A stretch of 62,145 bases of DNA, counting the filler, from Basidiobolus ranarum (Eukaryota): assembly GCA_040143965.1 (NCBI GenBank). It is 23 parts of 23 records of this genome, joined end to end, with 100 filler letters (N's around TTAATTAATTAA, not from the genome) between each part and the next. Parts side by side here need not be neighbours in the genome. Positions count along the whole stretch, not along the records: positions 10,863 to 13,476 come from JASJQH010003145.1; positions 13,577 to 16,190 come from JASJQH010003146.1; positions 16,291 to 18,902 come from JASJQH010003147.1; positions 19,003 to 21,614 come from JASJQH010003148.1; positions 21,715 to 24,325 come from JASJQH010003149.1; 18 more parts are not named here. One strand, 5' to 3'. The first letter of the stretch is position 1. Every line of letters begins with the position of its first letter. The notes under the pieces are model-generated. The model worked only from the letters and a program-made list of their open reading frames with translations, searched no databases and was not told where the DNA came from. Shown here in pieces: positions 11,571-22,194 of this stretch. Both the position numbers and the translations under genes were made by a program.

Positions 11571-11893
11571 TGTTGAAATTAGCATTACCTAAACACCTAT
11601 ATAGGCATATATAGCTTAGTATTCAGTTATTCTACATTGAACTAGGATATCACCTCAAGAGGAATTTACTTGGAAGTTTGAAGATATATAGATTTTTTTA
11701 AACTTGTGCTAGAAGCCCCAAACTTTGCACATATGCTCCTGGGACTTTTCTTGACATATTCTACACATTAGTTTGCTTACATCTTGACAAAACTATCAAT
11801 GTTAACTGAATACTCAATAAAGCAATAAGTGAAAGCCTCCAACTTCTGAAGTTCTTCAAACCACTTCCAACAGGCTCCCAAAATACTTCAACA
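11571..11893 (+). repeat. Solo LTR-A with near-perfect 5-bp target-site duplication (TSD) GAACT/AAACT
   Basis: TG...CA ends; flanks 11566-11570 and 11894-11898. Confidence 0.9.
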
Positions 11894-12295
11894 AAACTTG
11901 CATTTTCAACTTAATCCAAATTTTCCCTAAGATCAATTGGCTAACTTCTCTCCTGTGGATTCTTGTTTTGATCCTTGATAATCACTCTATGATATATACA
12001 TGTAATCCTACTTTTAGAAAACTCTATCAATATGAAGTATATTGGTGATTCCAGATGGAGATGTGCTAGAATGAAACCAATTTTTTTTCTTCAATATACA
12101 TTCTTTTCTATAAAAATACTTGAACCTAATATTTCTTCAGGTGTAATATACCAGGCAACTTCTGATACCTACCCTGATTGATGGGAAGACTTGATTATTT
12201 TGATGAATTTTGTAGCCCTGAATATTTAATAATGACTCATTGTATTGACTTGAAATCAGGTGGAGAAATTCTACCACAGTAGGATGACAAGATAT

Positions 12296-12624
12296 TGTTA
12301 AAGTATTTGGGAGCCTGTTGGAAGAGGTTTGGAGAATTAGAGAAATTGGTGGTTTTCACTTATTGATTTGTTGAGTTTTCAGTTGACATTTATAGTTTTG
12401 TCAAGATGTAAACAGACTAACATGTAGAATATGTTAAGGAAGGTCCCAGGAACATGTGTGCAAAGTTTGGGGCTTCTAGCAAAAGTTATCAAAATCTATA
12501 TATCTGAGAACTTCTAAGTTAATTCCTCATGAGAATAATGGATAATATCTTAGTGAAATATAAGATAATCGAATACTAAGCTATATATGACTATATAGGT
12601 GTTTAGGCAATGCTAATTTCAACA
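12296..12624 (-). repeat. Solo LTR-A with perfect 5-bp TSD (GATAT)
   Basis: GATAT at 12291-12295 and 12625-12629 flanking TG...CA. Confidence 0.95.
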
Positions 12625-13137
12625 GATATACCATTATTAAATGAAATTTTGGCAAGTAGTGTAAGAAACCTAATTTGACCATTAACTTAGAAAGAAGAAG
12701 CTAGAATGATACAAGGCGGAATTTGAAAGCTAAACTAGGCTTACCTTAATGACATGAATTCAGGTAAGTCACTCGATATAGCGATTTGTTAGCATTCGAG
12801 TAAGCTAGAAACACAATTCAGTATTTACCTCAGAAAAATACCTTGGTTTCAATCTGGACCGATAAGAACTTAGTACAAGTGACAAGTCTCTACAACATGG
12901 CGTGGACCATAGACTATCATTCATTGGACCTTTGTTTCTGGCTCAGAGATACATCTAAGATTGTAGGAGTTGTAAAAGCTAGAAAATGAAAATGGATTTC
13001 TATTCATTCAGATAAGACTAGAGCACTAAAGTATGCCAGACTTCAAGAGTTTATTTTGTTGATAAATAAAGGGAGGAATGTGAATGCTATATGCAGGTGA
13101 GCTTTGATGTGAACTTGGACTACTACAACTCGAATGA

Positions 13138-13375
13138 TCAGTGTGAAACTCCTGTTATGGGGCATTGTCCCGTAACTTTCTCTCCGGACATGAATGGACA
13201 TTGTTTTATATCGCTTTGAGTTTCTTGTTCTGTAGTAGATAGGTCAAGCTTCTCCATAGTTACAGGAGACTGTACCTCGACAGGTTGGTTGGAGACAATA
13301 GGGGGCGTCACATCTGAAGTGGATTTAGTTCCGGTAATGGGGCATTGACCTTCCACCTTTTGGCCACTCATGAAT
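13138..13375 (-). CDS. 3' end of an unidentified protein with repeated Cys-Pro motifs; 5' part replaced by a cob fragment
   Basis: [15 protein letters not shown]...[22 protein letters not shown]: duplicated CPFMSG/QCPITG unit, CpG-normal composition. Confidence 0.6.
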
Positions 13376-13476
13376 ATACCACTCAGGGACAATTGAAGGA
13401 GGTGTAACTAAAGGATTAGCTGCTACATAATTATCAGGATGACCTAATAAATTAGGAGCATAGAATACAAAGATAG
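13376..13476 (-). other. cob: Mitochondrial cytochrome b fragment (NUMT or chimeric contig end)
   Basis: Translates [33 protein letters not shown], including the diagnostic PEWY Qo-site motif; AT-biased codons. Confidence 0.93.
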
Positions 13477-13576
13477 NNNNNNNNNNNNNNNNNNNNNNNN
13501 NNNNNNNNNNNNNNNNNNNNTTAATTAATTAANNNNNNNNNNNNNNNNNNNNNNNNNNNNNNNNNNNNNNNNNNNN

Positions 13577-13899
13577 ATTATGTTCGAATTGGCGAAGAAA
13601 TTCCAATAGAAACTCTTTCGACAGAAGAATTTTTGTTACATGGCATTATTATTGGATATAAAAATCCAATGAAGTACATTTTTGCAAAAATTGCTGGATA
13701 TTGAATAACAAATGCCAAGTTTGAGGATCAATATTTTGACATGTATGTATACCGTTAAGATACCATCAAGAAACCGCCATCACACCATCAAAATCCCTGG
13801 CAGAATGCAAGCCAACAATATTGTGACAGTTCTCTGACGGTTTTGCTATTTTGGAGGGTGGATCCAATCCAGATCAAATCAATTTTATTTTTGTTAGGG
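13577..13899 (+). mobile_element. CMC transposon right end, abutting a 5'-truncated LTR-A
   Basis: Same sequence as 2717-2826 with CG>CA/TG changes; ends TTTGTTAGGG. Confidence 0.85.
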
Positions 13900-13900
13900 G

Positions 13901-15264
13901 TAGCTTAGTACTTAGTTTTGTTATATTTCACTAAGATATTATCCATTATTCTCAATGAGAATATACTTGGAATATTTTTACTACTTTAGGAGTTCTTAGA
14001 TATATAGATTTTTCAAACTTGTGCTAGAAGCCCCAAATGTTGCACACATGTTACTGGGCCCTTCCTCAACATATTCTTAATCTTAGTTTGCTTATATTGT
14101 GACAAAACTATAAGTGTTAACTTTCTACTCAATAAATCAATAAGTGAATGCCACCAATTCCTCTAATTATCCAAACCACTTCCAACAAGCTCCCAAATAC
14201 TTTAACAGAATCCGGGAATGTGATTACATCAGATTACTAGTTTATTTCTGCTTTATCTATGACTAATGACTATGATTGTCAGATATGCTATATTGATTCT
14301 GGAGCCTATCAACATTTCACAAATGAAAAACATTTGTTTGTGTGTTCTCAAGAAATTCCTATCAGAAAGGTTTTCATGTGAGATAACTATAAACTTGATG
14401 CCATTGGAACAGAAACTATTCAAGTCAATTTAACTGGAGCTTCTAAACAGAGAGTGTATACTTCTAAGGATAAACTACAAGTTCCAGATATTGCCAAGAG
14501 TTTAGAATCTGTATGCTAGGCCACCTCAGAGGGGCTAAAATTCAATTTTTATAGGTCAGGGTGCACTATCACTGATCAATATGGGATTTATTTAGCTTTA
14601 GAAAAAAAAACCAGAACTTGTACAAACTTACATATAATCCAAGAAGTTTACATATAAATATAAGTTGTTCTATTCAAGAAACTATTCAATTATGGCACAA
14701 GAGATTTGGCCATATTGGATTTGATGATTTGGGCAAAATGATCAAAAATTGCCCAATTTCTGCAATTCAAATTAACCCCCCACCCAAAATGGAAATATAT
14801 GACAATTGTTTATATATAAAAAAAGACAGGCAACCATTCAAGAGCTCTGGTTTAATCCAATCTGTCACAAACCTGTATCTAATTCATTCAGATTTGTGGG
14901 GACCTATGCAAATTTATCCTTAGGCTGATGAGATATATAATAACAACTATTGAAGATTTTACAAGACATACTTAGGTCTACTTTGTGGAAAGAAAAAAAG
15001 CTCTCTCTATCTTGAGAGACATTAAGGCACTTGTGAGGACTGATACTGGAACTACAATCAGGAAAATACATACTGATAATGGTGGATAATATACTTCAAC
15101 ACTTTTTATGCACTTTTGTAGAGTTCATGGAATTAAGCAAAAAACTACTGCCTTCTATTCATCTCAACAAAATGGAGTTGCTGAAAGGGCTAACAGGACT
15201 ATAGCAGAAATTACCGGTTCTATAATAAATGTACAAAATGTATCTCATAGCTTTTGCTGCAATA
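13901..15264 (+). mobile_element. Truncated LTR-A (13901-14207) followed by degenerate copia protease, pre-integrase and integrase
   Basis: YIDSGA (protease), QLWHKRFGHIG, LIHSDLWGP, TDNGG, QQNGVAERANRT. Confidence 0.92.
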
Positions 15265-15988
15265 TGTCAATGTGTTTGGGAGCCTGTTGGAAGTTGTTTG
15301 GAGATTTAGAGAAATCATTGGTTTTGACTTATTAGCTTATTAAGTAGTAAGTTGACATTTATAGTTTGGTCAAGACGTAAACAAAATAATGTGAAGAATA
15401 TGTTAAGAAAGGTCCCAAGAACATGTGTGCAAAGTTTGGGGCCTCTAGCACAAGTTTTAAAAGTCTATATATCTGAGAACTTCTAAGTTGGTAAAAATAT
15501 TCCAAGTAAATTCCAATTAGGAATAATGAAAAATATCATAATGAAATATAAGATAACTAAGTACCAAGCTATATATGACTATTTAGGTGCTTAGGCAATG
15601 GTAGTTTCAACACTCTCCCTCAGCTAAATAGTCATACAAACTAATCTTAATAAAGGTCTAAATTTCTCAAATTTCTGTCTAGTAAATTGTTTAGTTAATA
15701 TATCAGCAGTCATGTCTTCTATAGAGCAATAAGTCAATAAGCTTATTCTGTAGAGTCTCTTTCATGAAGTGATGCTTAACATCTATATGCTTGCTTCTAT
15801 TATGAAACATGGGATTTTTAGCTAATTTGATACAACTTTGATTATCTTGAAATATTGTAGTTAGTGCATTTCGAGAACAGCCCAAACCTGTTAAGAGTAT
15901 TCTTAAACATATTGCATCTTTTGTTGCTTCACAGGGAGCCGCGTATTCAGCTTCTGTTGTGAAAGTGCTATAGTAGGTTGTTTCTTTG
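15265..15988 (-). mobile_element. Copia family A 3' end: RNase H, polypurine tract (PPT) and 3' LTR-A (15265-15612)
   Basis: IFQDNQSCIKLAKNPMFHNRSKHIDVKHHF; purine tract GAGGGAGAG before the LTR TG. Confidence 0.92.
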
Positions 15989-16190
15989 CCCTAACAGAAA
16001 TTTGAGGATTGTTATTGTAGGAAAACCGTCACAATTTTAATCCATTTGGGGTTGACTGCTTACTTACCGTCATAAAAACGTCAAGTTAGATTTGATTTTA
16101 ATCAATTTTTTCAGTTTCAGGAGTGAAATTTCCAGATCTCGCAAAATAGTTGCAAATGATTGGCTAAAATCTCAGAGAACTATGGATCAA
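15989..16190 (+). mobile_element. CMC transposon left end inserted into copia RNase H
   Basis: Starts CCCTAACAGAAAT; ACCGTCA repeats. Same end at 44693 (+), and reverse-complemented ending at 27668 and 50113. Confidence 0.87.
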
Positions 16191-16290
16191 NNNNNNNNNN
16201 NNNNNNNNNNNNNNNNNNNNNNNNNNNNNNNNNNTTAATTAATTAANNNNNNNNNNNNNNNNNNNNNNNNNNNNNNNNNNNNNNNNNNNN

Positions 16291-16635
16291 AATACGATGA
16301 GAGATGAGATCTTTGGCAACACTCACCGTTTCAGTGACAAACCCAACCATGCCCAATTTATCGGGTGATAAGTCGTTATGATATCTTGGAATGGAAGTAT
16401 TTGGACGAGGAGATTCTATCCGAGCCCTTTCGGTCCGGTTTGCTTTTGTTACAGCCTGCTCGATGGAAGGGGCCTTTCTTCCGGAAAGTAGATGAAGGTT
16501 AGAGAGGCCTTGCCCAGAAGTATGAACGAATTCGTGGACTTTTTGTTCGGGAAGGAGTTTACTATCGAAGGAATTGACCACCCTCACGTCTCTCTCCAAC
16601 TCTGTTAAGGGATGTTGTTGCTGCTGTTGTGCCAT
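16291..16635 (-). CDS. 5' part of a host gene (poly-Q N-terminus; possibly tricalbin-like, unverified)
   Basis: ATG-initiated frame open to the contig end, normal CpG content. VNSFDSKLLPEQK loosely recalls tricalbin N-termini. Confidence 0.6.
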
Positions 16636-17832
16636 AGTTCGCTAGAATGAAAGTAATGGAAGATTATTGAAATGATTTGGGATAAGGTGAGGTGAGGTAA
16701 GGTAAGATATAGGCCATTCATAGTTAACATGAAGGGTCATAGCTGTGATTCGACAAGTGTGAGTGTTGTTGAAATCAACCAAAACTGGTTCTTCTAATTA
16801 TATTGGAAATCACTCGAACCTACCTTAAAATCAGCCACTTGACAGTCCATAAGGTCACGTTACTTGGCATAATTGAATCCTATGTATTCAGGTATTCATG
16901 TGTAGAATGTTGTGGATCACTACGAATCAATTCTCAATACCACTCACATGATCTAGATGGCATGCAGACTCAGAGATAAGGTTGATTTTAGTCTACAAAA
17001 ATAACGAGCACTGATAGGCAGAGACTATCATCCAACAATATCCCTAATATTGGTCTTTGGTGTACAAATACTCTAAATGGTGCACGTGCTCGTAATATGT
17101 AGCCCTTTGCAGAGTTTGCAGCCTTACCATGGAATCTTTCTTCCATGATTATCCCTCAGTGCCTTAACTACATACATGGATCGGGTGATGATCCCTGGAA
17201 GCAGTGAAATCCATGAGTTGCAAATGCAAACTATATTGACGGTTGAGTAAACAACCGGTAGTCCCGGCAACCAAGGCCAGGCTCGACAAAGATTAGCCAG
17301 CCGCTTCTCCGCAAAACAAGGAGACAGGAACAGCTGTTGTAGTTCAAGAGTACCTTGCCGACATATTGTAGACCTTTATTAGCCACTGTGAAGCCGTGAT
17401 GCTCATTCATCATATAGCAAACGAATGGGCCTATATCCCCAGCTCTTTATCAACCCTGGTTTTGTTCGAATTCACCAAACTCTTCCGCGGTTGAATAGAA
17501 AATCCACCAGAAACCATTAAAAAAAAGCCCACAGCATCGATATCAGAGTGGAGCAATTCATTATTGGTGCAACGTTGGATTTCCTCGAGATTTGGAAGGT
17601 TCCCCCATCTCATTTCTACCATCAAATTCAGCAGAAAACCTGAGCATGACTGATTATCAGTCACCATTACCCACATGGCGTCAGATTTCAATGATTCAAA
17701 CCTATCGAGAAGATCAATAGGCAGATCAGATAAATTCTTTTGTTTTCAGATCGTTTTTTGTTACGTCCCTCATATAAACCACCTTGCGTCGGGGAATTCT
17801 TTGATTAGAAAAGATATCTTACTTTCTTGAAA

Positions 17833-18902
17833 ATGTCAGTTTATTTACTAGATTACGGAGCTGGTAATGTTCGCAGCTTACTAAATGCTGTTAACAAGTT
17901 GGGATACGAAATCCTCATCGTCAAGGAACCGGCTGATATTCTCAAGGCTGATGTAAGTAGTGCGTCCCTGGTTATTCTATAATAAAGCTACTTACTAACG
18001 TTCCGTAGAAAATCATCTTTCCAGGTGTTGGCGCTTTCGGTAGCGCTATGGATGCTCTTGTAGCCAAAGGTTACGTAGAGCCCATCAAGCAATACATTGC
18101 TTCCGGTAAGCCTTTTATGGGTATTTGCGTCGGGATGCAAACAATGTTTGAAGGTTGCGAAGAATCTCCTGGTGTAAAAGGTTTGGGTATTGTCCCCGGT
18201 ATTGTCAAGAAATTCAATTCTACCAACAAGGCTGTCCCTCACATGGGTTGGAACGAGGCCGAATTATTGAAAATACAACAAACTGGCCAACAGAAGAGCT
18301 TTGGTATCAATTCTGGTACTGTGTATTACTTCGTTCATTCTTATGCTGTACCTTATTCCGAGGCGCTCAAAGATTGGGCTTTCACTACTACTCAATATGG
18401 CGATGAAGTCTTTGTCAGTTCTATTCAACGTGAGAACGTCTTTTGCACCCAATTTCATCCTGAAAAGAGTGGATTTGCTGGTTTAAGAATCTTGAGGGAG
18501 TTCCTTTCCGGGAATACTGATATTAACGAAAGCGATATTATCTACAAGACTCCAACACCCAAGCATGATTGTTTCACCAAGCGTATTATTGCTTGCCTAG
18601 ATGTTCGTGCAAATGATACCGGTGACTTGGTAGTTACTAAAGGGGATCAGTATGATGTACGTGAGAAACCTGATGGTGACTCTAAGGGAGATGTTAGAAA
18701 CCTAGGAAAGCCTGTGGAACTTGCCAAGAGATATTTTGAGGAGGGTGCGGATGAAATCACTTTCCTCAACATCACCAGTTTCCGCAATTGCCCTCTTGGA
18801 GATCTTCCCATGTTGGAGGTATTAAGACGTCCAGCGGATACTGTCTTTGTACCTCTTACTATTGTTTGTGGAATCCGGTATTTTGTTGCTGATGGTCGTA
18901 GT
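17833..18902 (+). CDS. HIS7: Imidazole glycerol phosphate synthase HisH-HisF, 5' part; exons 17833-17952 and 18009-18902 (runs off contig)
   Basis: LDYGAGNVRSL, FPGVGAF, GICVGMQ, VPHMGWN, YFVHSY, QFHPEKSG, RIIACLDVRAND. Intron GTAAGT..CGTAG keeps the frame. Confidence 0.97.
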
Positions 18903-21000
18903 NNNNNNNNNNNNNNNNNNNNNNNNNNNNNNNNNNNNNNNNNNNNTTAATTAATTAANNNNNNNNNNNNNNNNNNNNNNNNNNNNNNNNNNNNNNNNNN
19001 NNGAATTCTCCGTGTCGGTTGCACACTTGATGCCTCTTTTGAGGAACTCACTTTTCGGCCTTTTCCTCTCTAGTTAATGATCTGTACCAATACAAGTCAA
19101 CTAATCCGTGAATATCAGACCAAGTACCGGTGTGATTGGTTGCAGAGGTGCATCTGCTGCCTTCATATTGCTCCAAACATTGGCTGTATTAACGTAACTC
19201 CAAGCCAATTGGATGGCCCGAGCAAAATTAGTAATAATCAAAAATATATGACGGGATCACAAGCAGTAGGCTAGTCTTACCAACCTTTGATACCTGAGCA
19301 ATCGAGGCAGGATCTATATGATTATTGGCATACAGACAAATCCTAGCCAACCAATGCAATATCAAAAGGTCCTCTGAACACAGTTACCAAACCTGCGCAT
19401 CCTAACCAAGGCTTGGATGTTCCCCCTATATATTCCAGTTTAGCGCAGGAGGTGCATATATATGAGCATCAAACGCCCAGACTAGTTTAGGGATTCAAGC
19501 CCTATTCACTTTCCATTTGGTCTTTTAAACAATAAGATAATGCCAAGCGAAGCCTATTGTTCGGACGGACGGCGCACCAATGTGACCTACATTGAAACGC
19601 AACGTGAAATTAAGATCGGCCTGGTGGTGCCGATATTAGCATAAAACCCCGAGATATAGTCGTAAATGATTTGACCAAACCAAGATAACTATAGGAAATC
19701 TGTGTGCATCCACCCCTACTTCCAATCAATCATTTCTATGAAACAAATGAACAGATGCTGTGAGACCTAGCACTGAGTAATAGCATGTGGTGGTAAAGGC
19801 TTCTATATTTTACCTTTTAGTCCAAAATAAATCGCCTAGATTGGTGACAGCAGTGTTTTTGTATTGGGTTGCAAGGCATAAAGACGATGTTTTGGTGCAG
19901 ATTGTCGGGGTGTTCCGTGATGATCCATACGGGGTTTCTTTTCCAACAGAGGATATTTGGAGGTCTATGTTTCAAGATTTAGTACTGTCATGATTACATG
20001 TGGCGATCATGACCCAAAGAGCTAATAAACAGTGACGTTGCCTATATGTATATAGACATGCTTAGTGTTCTATCTATCTCAGCTTGAACCAACAATTCAC
20101 GTTGTAGATTAGTGGCATGGTGGAAGATACAGTCCTTCCTGAGTCGAGTGAGCAGTTGCAGTTCTCTTGTGAGGGAATAAAAAAGAGTGCAAGTATTACC
20201 TAGAATATGGACTGATATACCCCATTAGTACTCATTGATTTCAAGTGGTATAGGGGAGGTGTAACAACAAAATCGCATGGCACTCACAATTTGGATGCAT
20301 ATTTGTCCAAAAGAAATTACAATAGTAGCCTTGGTGATATATATGCTTACTAATGCGAATTCGATTCAGAAGTGATCACGAGGTATAAAATTGCAGAAAA
20401 CGTGTATTAAGTGGTAGATCACGTATTGCAAAAGTCTGGGTAATGTTAGGAATTTTGCCACAATAAGTGATGTGGAGTTGACCGAATCCACCTAAGAGAG
20501 TTAGACGCAAAGGTCTCTACGAAGAGCAAGGTTAAGGCCCAAATATTGGTTAATGTTGCATAGCTGTGAAGATTTGAATTCTCTTCAGTGCTAGTTCGAT
20601 TGGGTGCAAGTAAGCTAAAGCTAATCATGATCTGACATCGAAAATACACTCTTAATTTTAGCTTAAGCTATATAAACAACAGGAGTAAATACTAGATCCC
20701 TACCGAGTTTTTTTCCATTTTTACCAAAACCTGATGCAAATATCAATCTCAATTCTTGTAGCACAATTTCACATTTCATGTAACTTTGATAAACAAGTAA
20801 AATATGACCATAGTAGACATGTAATGAAAGTCTCAAGCTGTTCGGTTTGAGCTGCTGATTTTTAATTTAGTATGGAAAGTCTGAAAAGATTTGTAGCACG
20901 GATCTTATCATAAAAATATACAACTTCATATATTGCAAAAATAAATATGTACGAGGGAAAGTAGGACATTTGCTTAGAAAGGAATATGATACATCAGGAG

Positions 21001-21515
21001 TCAATTGACTGAGGGATTGTACGAAGGAGGTAGAGAAATTGGCACTGCCTCCATATCTGAAGAACGTCGAGTGGCTGTGTGGTAGGATGGTGGTGACTCA
21101 ATTGTACAGTATATAGGGAGCTGATCAAGTTCAGATATACCAGCTGATACTATGATGTTGATGGGAATAGTCAATATTACACAATCTCTCTCGCTGTTTC
21201 CGTTCTCCCAGTGAATACGGACTACCAGGTTATGCACAACTTCTACCAACGCGTTAGTGCAATTTAGACTGGAATCTTATGGGGTTTTCACAACAAGTGT
21301 TTTAACATGTTCACCGGCTTTGAAAGTACTTGACGCAGCGCTGAGATATTTCATATACTCAGCTACCGACACCCGAGTCTGGTCCTTCTTTGAAGGTATG
21401 TGGAAGTAGGTATATTCCTTTAGAGTACATGTTACATCCGTCACACTCACACTGTCATCAAGTGGTAGGGCTGACACTTGAATGTCGAACTTCTCCCCAG
21501 GAGCAGAGACCGATT
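21001..21515 (-). pseudogene. Alpha-arrestin-like C-terminal half with PPxY motifs; 5'-truncated with an in-frame TAA
   Basis: PGEKFDIQV...TLKEYT...TP*DSSLNCTNALVEVVHNLVVRI...TIPINI...LPIY...PPSY...PPSY*. The two ORFs share a frame; stop at 21277-21279 with no splice signals. Confidence 0.75.
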
Positions 21516-21714
21516 AGTAATTTTTGAACAGTTGATCCTTCTGAATTTGCGATCTGACTTTGATTTCATTCAAAAAAAAGAGACAAGTCGATTTTACTAA
21601 TTTTCGATTTGGCTNNNNNNNNNNNNNNNNNNNNNNNNNNNNNNNNNNNNNNNNNNNNTTAATTAATTAANNNNNNNNNNNNNNNNNNNNNNNNNNNNNN
21701 NNNNNNNNNNNNNN

Positions 21715-21982
21715 TCATATAACTGTGGTAACTCCATGGTATCTTGACTTTTGGCAGTATTATCAAAACATTGAGGCTAAGTACAGTCAGTAGACTCAGT
21801 GTGCAAAACTAAAGTCAACTTGGTGCAATTATTATTATTGATATTCACCTGGCTTTGGGCAGCTGGTGGCTTTGTACAGTGACTGTGCTTGCAATTATGT
21901 TTTCTATGAAGCCTTGGCTTTCATTGCACAAGAATTTGTGACAAAAGTAGCAGGGCATCTTGAAATGTGTATGTTGCAGCAT
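21715..21982 (-). mobile_element. CMC transposase 5' end, divergent from the accessory ORF
   Basis: MLQHTHFKMPCYFCHKFLC...; aligns with 25512-25770 and with 32546-33130/35250-35955, which carry Tnp2-type motifs. Confidence 0.75.
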
Positions 21983-22194
21983 GACAAGGATATTGTGGCA
22001 AAAAGAACACCTCCTACCTAAGGGCAATATTTTAGGTTTAGCCCATGAATATCATCAGCTGATTCTGAGACAGTGTCACAGATGAGTCATCAGGGGATTT
22101 ACAAGATATTTCCAGTAATGGATGGCAATTTTGGCTTATTATAAGCTGTTTCTAAGCAATTTCAATACACCAAGTATACCATCTGAAAATTTCA

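Noticed and set aside
10950-12295. CpG-depleted host sequence around the solo LTRs; possible SWIM/MULE transposase relic
   Set aside because: No motif I could confirm by eye; needs BLASTx.
17040-17700. Coding-like decayed sequence upstream of HIS7 (ORFs 17231-17413 and 17431-17691)
   Set aside because: Possibly another pseudogene, but no recognisable family.
18830-18902. HIS7 deviations from the conserved VPLTIGGGIRD motif
   Set aside because: Confined to the last bases of the contig; most likely low-quality sequence.
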